The position numbers and the translations under genes are program-made. 64,000 nt of DNA from Macrostomum hystrix (Eukaryota; Animalia; Platyhelminthes): NCBI GenBank assembly GCA_950097015.1, contig CATNEN010000034.1:1674001-1738000 (forward strand), given 5' to 3'. Below are positions 49,201-60,748 of this stretch, one piece after another. The notes under the pieces were generated by a model. That model was not told the DNA's origin. It worked only from the letters and a program-made list of their open reading frames with translations, and ran no database searches. The first letter of the stretch is position 1. Each line of letters opens with the position of its first letter.

Positions 49201-51395
49201 GACGGTGATGCAGGCCAGAGTCAGGCAGTAGACAACGATGATGACGGCCGAAATGCTCTGCAGGACGGAGTCGCCAGTTTTGAAAGCGCCAACGAACGAG
49301 TCGCTCTGCGTGACGTTGAGCATCTCGGAGCGAAGCTGGTCGGCGCCGTCGAGGGCGCTGCGAAACTGCTTGGACACCTCGTCAACCAGAGATTTGAATA
49401 GATTGTTGATTTCGTCTCCGATGAGGCTCAGACTACCAGTTAGCAGGGATTTGGCTGAGTTCACCTGATTTATTTGATAAGGCGGACTTAAAAATCGCTA
49501 ATATTACCTAATATTTCTACTTGTAGTAGACGAGTAAGAAAAGTTTTTTATTTAGTAAAATCTGTGATTTTGTGCACATCATTATGTGGTATGCAGTTCA
49601 AATCTCAGTCCAAATGAGATTAGCTGTACACCTGGCCTAGCTGTTTTATGTCAATGATTACCTGAGCTTCAACCTCGGTAACATTCAGCTTAAAGATCTT
49701 GTCCAGCAGGGTCACAATCGTGACGCTGGTGTCCGAGTCGATTCGCCTGGCGTTCAGGCCGATGACCAGCAGGTTGAGGTACTGGTTGATGCCGCTGCAC
49801 AGAGCGATCGGGACGCCGTTAATCGGCGATCCGGCGCACACCTCAGACACCTTGGCGCGCAGGTCCTCGCGAGTGCGGTTGATCAACGTGGTGAAGGAGT
49901 TCAGCGGGTTCAGGACGCTCTCCCGGGAGTCCTTGATAGCGTTCATGCTTGCCAGCAGAAGCTTCACCAGGCCGATGAACTTGTCGAATGTGTTCAGCAG
50001 CGGGGTGAGCAGGAAGTCGCTGGACAGCAGGTCGAGGTAGCGGCTGGCGATGCGATTCACCAGATCCAGGATGGACGGCAGGGCCTCGTAGCAGACGGTG
50101 AGGACGCTGCTGTTGGTGCTGACGAGGGTGTCCTCGATGAATGCGTTTAGCTGGGCGGAGGGCGGGAGAAATGACAGGTTTGTACATTGTAGGTTTGATT
50201 ACAGGCGCAGAGAGGTTCGTGGACTTTTAGTGCCATTTACGCCCTTGAGGGCCAACCTCTAAAGTACAGTGTACGTAGACACTGCCTGACGATGCGAAAG
50301 TCAGGGCAGATGTACACACTTGTGTGAGTGTGTGCTCAGGAGTCAGCGAAATGGTCAGAATTGCCTCCTCGCTGGCTGCGTGTGTAGTGTCCCCAAATGA
50401 TGTGCCATTGCGCGCAGCCCTCCTGCAATTATTATTATTATTTCTCTAACAGATAATGTAATGCTTTGTTTTTTGCATAAGCGATACAGCTGTTTGAAGT
50501 TCAATAGAAAAGGATCAAAATGAGACCTAGCCTAGTTTGGCCAGATGTACAGCCAGTGCCACAGCCGCAGCTATTGTGCGGCGCATCTGAAGACTGTGTA
50601 CAGCTGTTCAGTCCATGGACTGAGTAGACCGCCACACCAGCAGGTGTTGGTGCTCATTTTACAGCTGGGTTAACTGAGGGAATGGAGAATTAAGTGACCC
50701 TCGGTCACATAAATTAGAAAAAAATCAATTCAAAGCCCAACCTGCAGCACAGCCGAGTTGACAGCCCCAGACAGGCTTCCGCCGCCACCTCCGGCTCCGC
50801 CGTCTGCTGTAGCCTGCTGCTTCTGGAACAGTCTCCCGAAGCCGTAGCCGCCGCTGTAGTGCCAGTAGACGCACAGCGTAGCCGTGCAGATGACGAACAC
50901 GGAGATCAGCAGTCCCAGCCGCAGCATCAGGAGCTGTTCTCGTCGTCGCTTTCGATTTCCGCGCCAGCCGCGCAGAGTCGACGGGGACCTGGCGCAGTCC
51001 GACGAATCAGACGACGGCGAGGGTGAAATATCGGCTTCGTTGACAGCGTAGAGACTAGCCGGCGGCAGCTGTCTGTCGTGATTTCGCTTCGGCGAGCACG
51101 GCAGCCGGTGTCGGCGAGTGGTGAGAACAACAGCGCAGACAAGCGCTGCCAGGGTGATGAACAGCCAGATTCCGGCGCCGACAAACTGCGGCGTCTGCGA
51201 CTGGGCGCGGTCGGTGTACCAGCCGACCAGGGCGGCTCCAAACGGTGGAGAATTGCCGGCAGTGGCATTGCTGTCGGCCGGGGCGAACCAGGCCGCCGAG
51301 TAGTTGGTTAGCAGCAGTGAGCCATAGCCGATCAGCGGGGTGAAGACACCGCCATCCAGGTGCGGAACAAATAGGCGCTCCAGATTGTCCACCAT
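46219..51395 (-). CDS. Prominin-like pentaspan membrane glycoprotein, about 968 aa (5' end possibly incomplete)
   Basis: complement(50742..51395, 49662..50150, 49060..49464, 47933..48467, 47281..47753, 46219..46569) = 2907 nt, in frame. Five hydrophobic segments in 1+1/1+1/1 spacing with two large N-glycosylation-rich loops. The C-terminal VGHCSGISAVLSTVVSECNG...GGFYVALS resembles the prominin VGxCxP...C...NxFW region. Confidence 0.72.
46625..46958 (+). mobile_element. tRNA-derived SINE copy with (ATT)n tail
   Basis: B-box GAGTTCGATTCC, shared body, 3' end GCAGCCCTCTTGCAATTATTATTAT; in the prominin last intron. Confidence 0.82.
47790..47900. repeat. 20-bp repeat (ATCTCCCAGTCTGTCTCACY)n, about 5 copies
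   Basis: Direct reading; prominin intron. Confidence 0.88.
48575..48980. repeat. 19-bp minisatellite (CCTTGTCACYAAGGACGCT)n, about 21 copies
   Basis: Direct reading; prominin intron. Confidence 0.95.
50205..50441 (+). mobile_element. 5'-truncated copy of the same SINE with (ATT)n tail
   Basis: Matches the 3' two-thirds of the 63.5-kb copy; ends GCAGCCCTCCTGCAATTATTATTAT. Confidence 0.82.
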
Positions 51396-52410
51396 GGCTG
51401 AGCTGAATTGTGGTCTACTTGGTCCAGCGGTGTGCAATGAGGCATTTAATAATGCGAAATTGGTACGCTTATATCATGTCTAATTTAGTGGGGCTCGGCC
51501 CTGCAGTGAGTCTTACTGGCTTGCACAGTGTCACTGGCAGGTTTGGGCAGCGAGTTCATCTCAATGCGTCATCTGCCATACTTTCTTTCATCTTGATCTT
51601 CTCTTGTCTTTCTCTCTCTCCAGACTCTTTTGTCTTTAGTTATTCGTCCAATTGAAGGGGGCAGACTATAGTTGCGAAGGCAAGGTCAGACTAAAAGCAA
51701 GCCTCATACTCAAACAAAGGGCCGTTAATTATAATAGTAAATGGCCTCGATAAACAGCTCATATAAAATGGCTTAAACATGAAGACAGAGAAATGTGGAA
51801 CTTGCAATTTTTTTTTCCTACGAACAGAACAGCAAGCCAACATCCAAGACTGTAGACAATTATAGCGATGACTCATCGGCGCCACCGAGCACATCTGTTT
51901 TGTTGTTTTATAAATGAAAGCAAATAACTCTCGTATAAACAACAGACAGCGAAATAACAAAATTTGCTGCAGCTTCGGCAACGGCGAAGCACGCTCACTG
52001 CAGCTCTGCTCAAGATGTGCTCAAGAACAGCATGCCAGCTAATTTTGTGACACTTAATAAAAAACAATTTTATCTATAATGGAGGTATTTTCCTGCAGCC
52101 AATGAGTTCTGCACACTTATTTAAGAGTAGTACAGCGACTTTATTGTAGCACTTCAGTGGATTATTGAAGCCATAGAATACCGACTGTCAACTCTCACGA
52201 AACATCATCTTTCGTCACACCATGGCTACACATAGCTTTACTGTGCTGCGTTGAGCTAGCAAGGCAAATTTAAGACGTGTTTCTGCATAAACTTTTGTCT
52301 GACTTATCTCGGACTGTGAGAACTTTTTTAGAATTTGCTATAAAACAGCACTATCAGGCCTCCTGTGAAGTATGACTGTATCAACCTAAAAAGCCAATAA
52401 TGGGCTCAAG

Positions 52411-55400
52411 TGTCCTCAGGTGAACTGATGGCAAGACTAGCAATCCAAACAGAGGATGCTGTCAAAGTGTGAGTCCTCGGGTGTACTGTAGGCAAGACTA
52501 GCAATCCAAACAGAGGATGCTGTCAAAGTGCGAGTCCTCGGGTGTACTGTAGGCAAGACTAGCAATCCAAACAGAGGATGCTGTCAAAGTGTGAGTCCTC
52601 GGGTGTACTGTAGGCAAGACTAGCAATCCAAACAGAGGATCCTGTCAAAGTGCGAGTCCTCGGGTGTACTGTAGGCAAGACTAGCAATCCAAACAGAGGA
52701 TGCTGTCAAAGTGCGAGTCCTCGGGTGTACTGTAGGCAAGACTAGCAATCCTAACAGAGGATGCTGTCAAAGTGTGAGTCCTCGGGTGTACTGTAGGCAA
52801 GACTAGCAATCCAAACAGAGGATGCTGAAGTGTGACTCCTCAGGTGTACTGTAGGCAAGACTAGCAATCCAAACAGAGGATGCTGTCAAAGTGCGAGTCC
52901 TCGGGTGTACTGTAGGCAAGACTAGCAATCCAAACAGAGGATGCTGTCAAAGTGTGAGTCCTCGGGTGTACTGTAGGCAAGACTAGCAATCCAAACAGAG
53001 GATGCTGTCAAAGTGCGAGTCCTCGGGTGTACTGTAGGCAAGACTAGCAATCCAAACAGAGGATGCTGTCAAAGTGCGAGTCCTCGGGTGTACTGTAGGC
53101 AAGACTAGCAATCCAAACAGAGGATGCTGTCAAAGTGCGTGTCCTCGGGTGTACTGTAGGCAAGACTAGCAATCCAAACAGAGGATGCTGTCAAAGTGCG
53201 AGTCCTCGGGTGTACTGTAGGCAAGACTAGCAATCCAAACAGAGGATGCTGTCAAAGTGCGAGTCCTCGGGTGTACTGTAGGCAAGACTAGCAATCCAAA
53301 CAGAGGATGCTGTCAAAGTGCGAGTCCTCGGGTGTACTGTAGGCAAGACTAGCAATCCAAACAGAGGATGCTGTCAAAGTGTGAGTCCTCGGGTGTACTG
53401 TAGGCAAGACTAGCAATCCAAACAGAGGATGCTGTCAAAGTGCGAGTCCTCGGGTGTACTGTAGGCAAGACTAGCAATCCAAACAGAGGATGCTGTCAAA
53501 GTGTGAGTCCTCGGGTGTACTGTAGGCAAGACTAGCAATCCAAACAGAGGATGCTGTCAAAGTGTGAGTCCTCGGGTGTACTGTAGGCAAGACTAGCAAT
53601 CCAAACAGAGGATGCTGTCAAAGTGCGAGTCCTCGGGTGTACTGTAGGCAAGACTAGCAATCCAAACAGAGGATGCTGTCAAAGTGCGAGTCCTCGGGTG
53701 TACTGTAGGCAAGACTAGCAATCCAAACAGAGGATGCTGTCAAAGTGTGAGTCCTCAGGTGTACTGTAGGCAAGACTAGCAATCCAAACAGAGGATGCTG
53801 TCAAAGTGCGAGTCCTCGGGTGTACTGTAGGCAAGACTAGCAATCCAAACAGAGGATGCTGTCAAAGTGCGAGTCCTCGGGTGTACTGTAGGCAAGACTA
53901 GCAATCCAAACAGAGGATGCTGTCAAAGTGTGAGTCCTCAGGTGTACTGTAGGCAAGACTAGCAATCCAAACAGAGGATGCTGTCAAAGTGTGAGTCCTC
54001 GGGTGTACTGTAGGCAAGACTAGCAATCCAAACAGAGGATGCTGTCAAAGTGTGAGTCCTCGGGTGTACTGTAGGCAAGACTAGCAATCCAAACAGAGGA
54101 TGCTGTCAAAGTGTGAGTCCTCGGGTGTACTGTAGGCAAGACTAGCAATCCAAACAGAGGATGCTGTCAAAGTGTGAGTCCTCGGGTGTACTGTAGGCAA
54201 GACTAGCAATCCTAACAGAGGATGCTGTCAAAGTGTGAGTCCTCGGGTGTACTGTAGGCAAGACTAGCAATCCAAACAGAGGATGCTGTCAAAGTGCGAG
54301 TCCTCGGGTGTACTGTAGGCAAGACTAGCAATCCAAACAGAGGATGCTGTCAAAGTGCGAGTCCTCGGGTGTACTGTAGGCAAGACTAGCAATCCAAACA
54401 GAGGATGCTGTCAAAGTGCGTGTCCTCGGGTGTACTGTAGGCAAGACTAGCAATCCAAACAGAGGATGCTGTCAAAGTGCGAGTCCTCGGGTGTACTGTA
54501 GGCAAGACTAGCAATCCAAACAGAGGATGCTGTCAAAGTGCGAGTCCTCGGGTGTACTGTAGGCAAGACTAGCAATCCAAACAGAGGATGCTGTCAAAGT
54601 GCGAGTCCTCGGGTGTACTGTAGGCAAGACTAGCAATCCAAACAGAGGATGCTGTCAAAGTGTGAGTCCTCGGGTGTACTGTAGGCAAGACTAGCAATCC
54701 AAACAGAGGATGCTGTCAAAGTGCGAGTCCTCGGGTGTACTGTAGGCAAGACTAGCAATCCAAACAGAGGATGCTGTCAAAGTGCGAGTCCTCGGGTGTA
54801 CTGTAGGCAAGACTAGCAATCCAAACAGAGGATGCTGTCAAAGTGTGAGTCCTCAGGTGTACTGTAGGCAAGACTAGCAATCCAAACAGAGGATGCTGTC
54901 AAAGTGCGAGTCCTCGGGTGTACTGTAGGCAAGACTAGCAATCCAAACAGAGGATGCTGTCAAAGTGCGAGTCCTCGGGTGTACTGTAGGCAAGACTAGC
55001 AATCCAAACAGAGGATGCTGTCAAAGTGTGAGTCCTCGGGTGTACTGTAGGCAAGACTAGCAATCCAAACAGAGGATGCTGTCAAAGTGCGAGTCCTCGG
55101 GTGTACTGTAGGCAAGACTAGCAATCCTAACAGAGGATGCTGTCAAAGTGTGAGTCCTCGGGTGTACTGTAGGCAAGACTAGCAATCCAAACAGAGGATG
55201 CTGTCAAAGTGTGAGTCCTCGGGTGTACTGTAGGCAAGACTAGCAATCCAAACAGAGGATGCTGTCAAAGTGTGAGTCCTCGGGTGTACTGTAGGCAAGA
55301 CTAGCAATCCAAACAGAGGATGCTGTCAAAGTGTGAGTCCTCGGGTGTACTGTAGGCAAGACTAGCAATCCAAACAGAGGATGCTGTCAAAGTGTGAGTC

Positions 55401-58364
55401 CTCGGGTGTACTGTAGGCAAGACTAGCAATCCAAACAGAGGATGCTGTCAAAGTGCGAGTCCTCGGGTGTACTGTAGGCAAGACTAGCAATCCAAACAGA
55501 GGATGCTGTCAAAGTGCGAGTCCTCGGGTGTACTGTAGGCAAGACTAGCAATCCAAACAGAGGATGCTGTCAAAGTGCTGAGTCCTCGGGTGTACTGTAG
55601 GCAAGACTAGCAATCCAAACAGAGGATGCTGTCAAAGTGCGAGTCCTCGGGTGTACTGTAGGCAAGACTAGCAATCCAAACAGAGGATGCTGTCAAAGTG
55701 CGAGTCCTCGGGTGTACTGTAGGCAAGACTAGCAATCCAACAGAGGATGCTGTCAAAGTGCTGAGTCCTCGGGTGTACTGTAGGCAAGACTAGCAATCCA
55801 AACAGAGGATGCTGTCAAAGTGTGAGTCCTCGGGTGTACTGTAGGCAAGACTAGCAATCCAAACAGAGGATGCTGTCAAAGTGCGAGTCCTCGGGTGTAC
55901 TGTAGGCAAGACTAGCAATCCAAACAGAGGATGCTGTCAAAGTGCTGAGTCCTCGGGTGTACTGTAGGCAAGACTAGCAATCCAAACAGAGGATGCTGTC
56001 AAAGTGTGAGTCCTCGGGTGTACTGTAGGCAAGACTAGCAATCCAAACAGAGGATGCTGTCAAAGTGCGAGTCCTCGGGTGTACTGTAGGCAAGACTAGC
56101 AATCCAAACAGAGGATGCTGTCAAAGTGCGAGTCCTCGGGTGTACTGTAGGCAAGACTAGCAATCCAAACAGAGGATGCTGTCAAAGTGTGAGTCCTCAG
56201 GTGTACTGTAGGCAAGACTAGCAATCCAAACAGAGGATGCTGTCAAAGTGCGAGTCCTCGGGTGTACTGTAGGCAAGACTAGCAATCCAAACAGAGGATG
56301 CTGTCAAAGTGCGAGTCCTCGGGTGTACTGTAGGCAAGACTAGCAATCCAAACAGAGGATGCTGTCAAAGTGTGAGTCCTCGGGTGTACTGTAGGCAAGA
56401 CTAGCAATCCAAACAGAGGATGCTGTCAAAGTGTGAGTCCTCGGGTGTACTGTAGGCAAGACTAGCAATCCAAACAGAGGATGCTGTCAAAGTGCTGAGT
56501 CCTCGGGTGTACTGTAGGCAAGACTAGCAATCCAAACAGAGGATGCTGTCAAAGTGTGAGTCCTCGGGTGTACTGTAGGCAAGACTAGCAATCCAAACAG
56601 AGGATGCTGTCAAAGTGTGAGTCCTCGGGTGTACTGTAGGCAAGACTAGCAATCCAAACAGAGGATGCTGTCAAAGTGCGAGTCCTCGGGTGTACTGTAG
56701 GCAAGACTAGCAATCCAAACAGAGGATGCTGTCAAAGTGCGAGTCCTCGGGTGTACTGTAGGCAAGACTAGCAATCCAAACAGAGGATGCTGTCAAAGTG
56801 CGAGTCCTCGGGTGTACTGTAGGCAAGACTAGCAATCCAAACAGAGGATGCTGTCAAAGTGCGAGTCCTCGGGTGTACTGTAGGCAAGACTAGCAATCCA
56901 AACAGAGGATGCTGTCAAAGTGCGAGTCCTCGGGTGTACTGTAGGCAAGACTAGCAATCCAAACAGAGGATGCTGTCAAAGTGCGAGTCCTCAGGTGTAC
57001 TGTAGGCAAGACTAGCAATCCAAACAGAGGATGCTGTCAAGTGTGAGTCCTCGGGTGTACTGTAGGCAAGACTAGCAATCCAAACAGAGGATGCTGTCAA
57101 AGTGTGAGTCCTCGGGTGTACTGTAGGCAAGACTAGCAATCCAAACAGAGGATGCTGTCAAAGTGCGAGTCCTCGGGTGTACTGTAGGCAAGACTAGCAA
57201 TCCAAACAGAGGATGCTGTCAAAGTGTGAGTCCTCAGGTGTACTGTAGGCAAGACTAGCAATCCAAACAGAGGATGCTGTCAAAGTGTGAGTCCTCAGGT
57301 GTACTGTAGGCAAGACTAGCAATCCAAACAGAGGATGCTGTCAAAGTGCGAGTCCTCGGGTGTACTGTAGGCAAGACTAGCAATCCAAACAGAGGATGCT
57401 GTCAAAGTGTGAGTCCTCGGGTGTACTGTAGGCAAGACTAGCAATCCAAACAGAGGATGCTGTCAAAGTGTGAGTCCTCGGGTGTACTGTAGGCAAGACT
57501 AGCAATCCAAACAGAGGATGCTGTCAAAGTGTGAGTCCTCAGGTGTACTGTAGGCAAGACTAGCAATCCAAACAGAGGATGCTGTCAAAGTGTGAGTCCT
57601 CGGGTGTACTGTAGGCAAGACTAGCAATCCAAACAGAGGATGCTGTCAAAGTGTGAGTCCTCGGGTGTACTGTAGGCAAGACTAGCAATCCAAACAGAGG
57701 ATGCTGTCAAAGTGTGAGTCCTCGGGTGTACTGTAGGCAAGACTAGCAATCCAAACAGAGGATGCTGTCAAAGTGTGAGTCCTCGGGTGTACTGTAGGCA
57801 AGACTAGCAATCCAAACAGAGGATGCTGTCAAAGTGTGAGTCCTCGGGTGTACTGTAGGCAAGACTAGCAATCCAAACAGAGGATGCTGTCAAAGTGTGA
57901 GTCCTCGGGTGTACTGTAGGCAAGACTAGCAATCCAAACAGAGGATCCTGTCAAAGTGCGAGTCCTCGGGTGTACTGTAGGCAAGACTAGCAATCCAAAC
58001 AGAGGATGCTGTCAAAGTGCGAGTCCTCGGGTGTACTGTAGGCAAGACTAGCAATCCAAACAGAGGATCCTGTCAAAGTGCGAGTCCTCAGGTGTACTGT
58101 AGGCAAGACTAGCAATCCAAACAGAGGATGCTGTCAAAGTGCGAGTCCTCGGGTGTACTGTAGGCAAGACTAGCAATCCAAACAGAGGATGCTGTCAAAG
58201 TGTGAGTCCTCGGGTGTACTGTAGGCAAGACTAGCAATCCAAACAGAGGATGCTGTCAAAGTGTGAGTCCTCGGGTGTACTGTAGGCAAGACTAGCAATC
58301 CAAACAGAGGATGCTGTCAAAGTGTGAGTCCTCGGGTGTACTGTAGGCAAGACTAGCAATCCAA
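52411..58364. repeat. 61-bp satellite (GTCCTCGGGTGTACTGTAGGCAAGACTAGCAATCCAAACAGAGGATGCTGTCAAAGTGYGA)n, about 97 copies, about 6 kb
   Basis: Direct reading; nearly identical units with a few recurrent variants. Confidence 0.98.
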
Positions 58365-59008
58365 AGGAAGAAAGCCACCAATGATGACGGACACTGTTAA
58401 AGCCATAGAATCGATTTTTTATAACTTCGAGGCGCCACGATGAGGCAACAAGACGGAGAACCGAATGTCTTAATTATTTATTTATTATTAGGTTTAATAA
58501 CTTTGCGAGCACATTACAGTTAAGAGAGGGTGAGTGGTGTCTTGGGGGGTATATAAATAGCAACGCACTGTTCTGGCTGTGTAACACAGAACTGGATATG
58601 GTCGCACCGGCCATCTATGCAGAGGCGAGATAGAAAAGCGTGATGGGGAATTTTGAAACTTGTAAACGAGCCACAAAAATAGACAATGCAACTATACGAA
58701 CAAGCAAAGAACACGATGAAATTTTAGACACAGACCGGTATTAATATAACTATAAATCATAGTATTACAATTAGGATAAAAATGCACGAAGTTTAGGCAT
58801 AACAATGCCGTTATAAAAGTTTAGAAAATATAGTAAGAGACCATGTCGGTGTGTTTGGGTCAAGTTGAGGGTGAGAGCCGGACTGGCGTCGAAAAGTGCA
58901 GCCTCTTAAAAATATTTTCCCACCTGTTTAAGAAGCATGTTCTTTTTTCAGTTAAAAATGGTGCAGACCACACAAACCAGCTACAGCCCAGGCACCGACA
59001 CGAGCTCC

Positions 59009-60748
59009 TCAGACTGCCGGCGCCACGGCTCCTTCGGCATCTTGCTGCTCCTTCAGCGCGTTGCCACTGTCGGCAATCATTTCGGTTTCGGCCTCGCCGT
59101 TGCCGTTGCAAACGATTTCCGCTCCGGCCAGGGTGCGCCGACGCTTATTGGGCGAAGCGCCAGTCACCTTGCCGGCTCCAGTCAACTCGCCGTTGGCTTC
59201 ACCATTGACGACTGCGGCGTCGGTCTCGGAGTTGCCGTTGCCATTGGCAACCGAGGCGGCCAACTCCGCGGTGGGCGTTGGCGGGGGCCGCTTTTTGCGC
59301 ACAAGGCCGGAGATGTCGTTGACACAGGCAGTTGCGGCAGAAGCGTCAGAAGTTTCCGTAAAAGTCGCCGCAGCCGTAGCCGTAGACATAACCGAGGCCA
59401 TGGCGCCGGCGATGCTGGCGGCTCCGGACCGCAGCTGATGCTTGGCGGCCTCGAAGTCCAGGCGCTCTTCGTCCACTTCGGCCATTCTTTGGCGCAGCTC
59501 GGCGATCAGCTCGTCCAGTTCTCGCCGTTCGTCGCTAGACGCTTCGCCGCTGCCGTCAGCCTCCAGCTGAGCAGCCCTGGCGGCTAACTGGGCGGCGCTG
59601 TCGTCAAAAGCGCGTTTCGCCTCGGCGAACTTCTTGCCAGCCAGGCAGGCCACGGCCAGCTGGAACTGGGCCGTTGCTAGGCGCCGATCGCCCTTGTCAA
59701 CGCGAGCCGATTCTGTGTAGACTCGCACGGCGGCGGAGAAGTCCTCCTCGGCTTGGTCCCAATCCTCCTTTTCCATGCCCACCTCGGCCAGGCACATGTG
59801 ACAGTCGGCTACGCGGAGCCAGTCCTCGCGGCGTTCGAACACCTTGCGAGCCACCTCCAGCACCTCCCAGGCGATCTGCAGGTTGCCGACATCCTCTTCG
59901 TCCTCTTCTTCCTCTTCCACTCCCTCGCCTTCTTCCTCCTCGCCCTCTCCCTCGCCCTCGCCTTCGCCTTCGCCGTTCTCCTCAATTTCCTTCTCCTCCC
60001 CAGCCTTCTCATTATCTTTATTATCGCCATCCGCCTCGGCCTTACCGTCGCCGTCCTTCATTTCCTCGTCAGCGTTGGCCTCGGCCTCGCCTACTTCCTC
60101 GCCGCCAGTCATGGCCTCAATAACTTGCTCAGAGATCTTCTCCTTCTCCTCCTCGGTGAGGTTGTCCTTCTCGATCATCGGCTCGTCATCGGCGTTAACA
60201 GATTCTACTTTCTTCTCTTGATCTGCCTTCTCGACCTCGCCCGCTGCGCCTTCGCCGTCTGCCTCCTTCTCTTCGGCTGGCACGCCTTCTAGAGCGCCGC
60301 CGAGCACATCAGCTTCCATGCGCGCCACCTCCAGCAGAGCCCGTCCATACAGCAGGTACGGCTCGGCGATCTCGTCAGCCAGGTCGCCGTACTTGGCTGC
60401 CAGAGCTTCGCACGCCCGCTGCAGCTGGCCGACTGCCTTGACGTACTCGCCGCAGTAGTAGTCGCGCTTGCCCTGGCCGAGCAGCGCCTCGATGGATTCC
60501 TCGGCCTCGCCTTCGACTGCAGTCTCCTTCACCTCATCGGCGACGGACGTGGGACCCTCGGTGGCCGCGGCTTCGCCGGCGGGGGCAGCGGTGTCAACGA
60601 CGGTGTCGACGACTTCGCCGGCGGGGGCGGCGGTGTCAACGACGGTGTCGACGACTTCGCCGGCGGGGGCGGCGGTGTCAACGACGGTGTCGGCGGCCTC
60701 GTTGCCGTTCTCGGCGCTGTTAACCTCGGCAGATTCGGCGGCAGTCAT
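59009..60748 (-). CDS. NASP: NASP/N1-N2 family histone H3-H4/H1 chaperone (SHNi-TPR), 579 aa, intronless CDS
   Basis: Single ORF with TPR1-2 (LLGQGKRDYYCGEY...PYLLYGRALLEVARMEADVLGGAL), an acidic insert, GNLQIAWEVLEVARKVF, ADCHMCLAEVGMEKEDWDQA, and NLS-like ISGLVRKKR and PNKRRR. Confidence 0.9.
   Translation of the reverse strand: MTAAESAEVNSAENGNEAADTVVDTAAPAGEVVDTVVDTAAPAGEVVDTVVDTAAPAGEAAATEGPTSVADEVKETAVEGEAEESIEALLGQGKRDYYCGEYVKAVGQLQRACEALAAKYGDLADEIAEPYLLYGRALLEVARMEADVLGGALEGVPAEEKEADGEGAAGEVEKADQEKKVESVNADDEPMIEKDNLTEEEKEKISEQVIEAMTGGEEVGEAEANADEEMKDGDGKAEADGDNKDNEKAGEEKEIEENGEGEGEGEGEGEEEEGEGVEEEEEDEEDVGNLQIAWEVLEVARKVFERREDWLRVADCHMCLAEVGMEKEDWDQAEEDFSAAVRVYTESARVDKGDRRLATAQFQLAVACLAGKKFAEAKRAFDDSAAQLAARAAQLEADGSGEASSDERRELDELIAELRQRMAEVDEERLDFEAAKHQLRSGAASIAGAMASVMSTATAAATFTETSDASAATACVNDISGLVRKKRPPPTPTAELAASVANGNGNSETDAAVVNGEANGELTGAGKVTGASPNKRRRTLAGAEIVCNGNGEAETEMIADSGNALKEQQDAEGAVAPAV

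Noticed and set aside
52411-58364. CRISPR-like or ribozyme-encoding array
   Set aside because: Units are contiguous with no unique spacers, the context is eukaryotic, there are no cas genes, and no hammerhead core (CUGANGA...GAAA) occurs on either strand.
52167-58412. AAGCCATAGAAT direct repeat on both sides of the satellite as a TSD
   Set aside because: Copies are about 230 bp and 35 bp away from the array ends, not abutting a definable element; may be chance.
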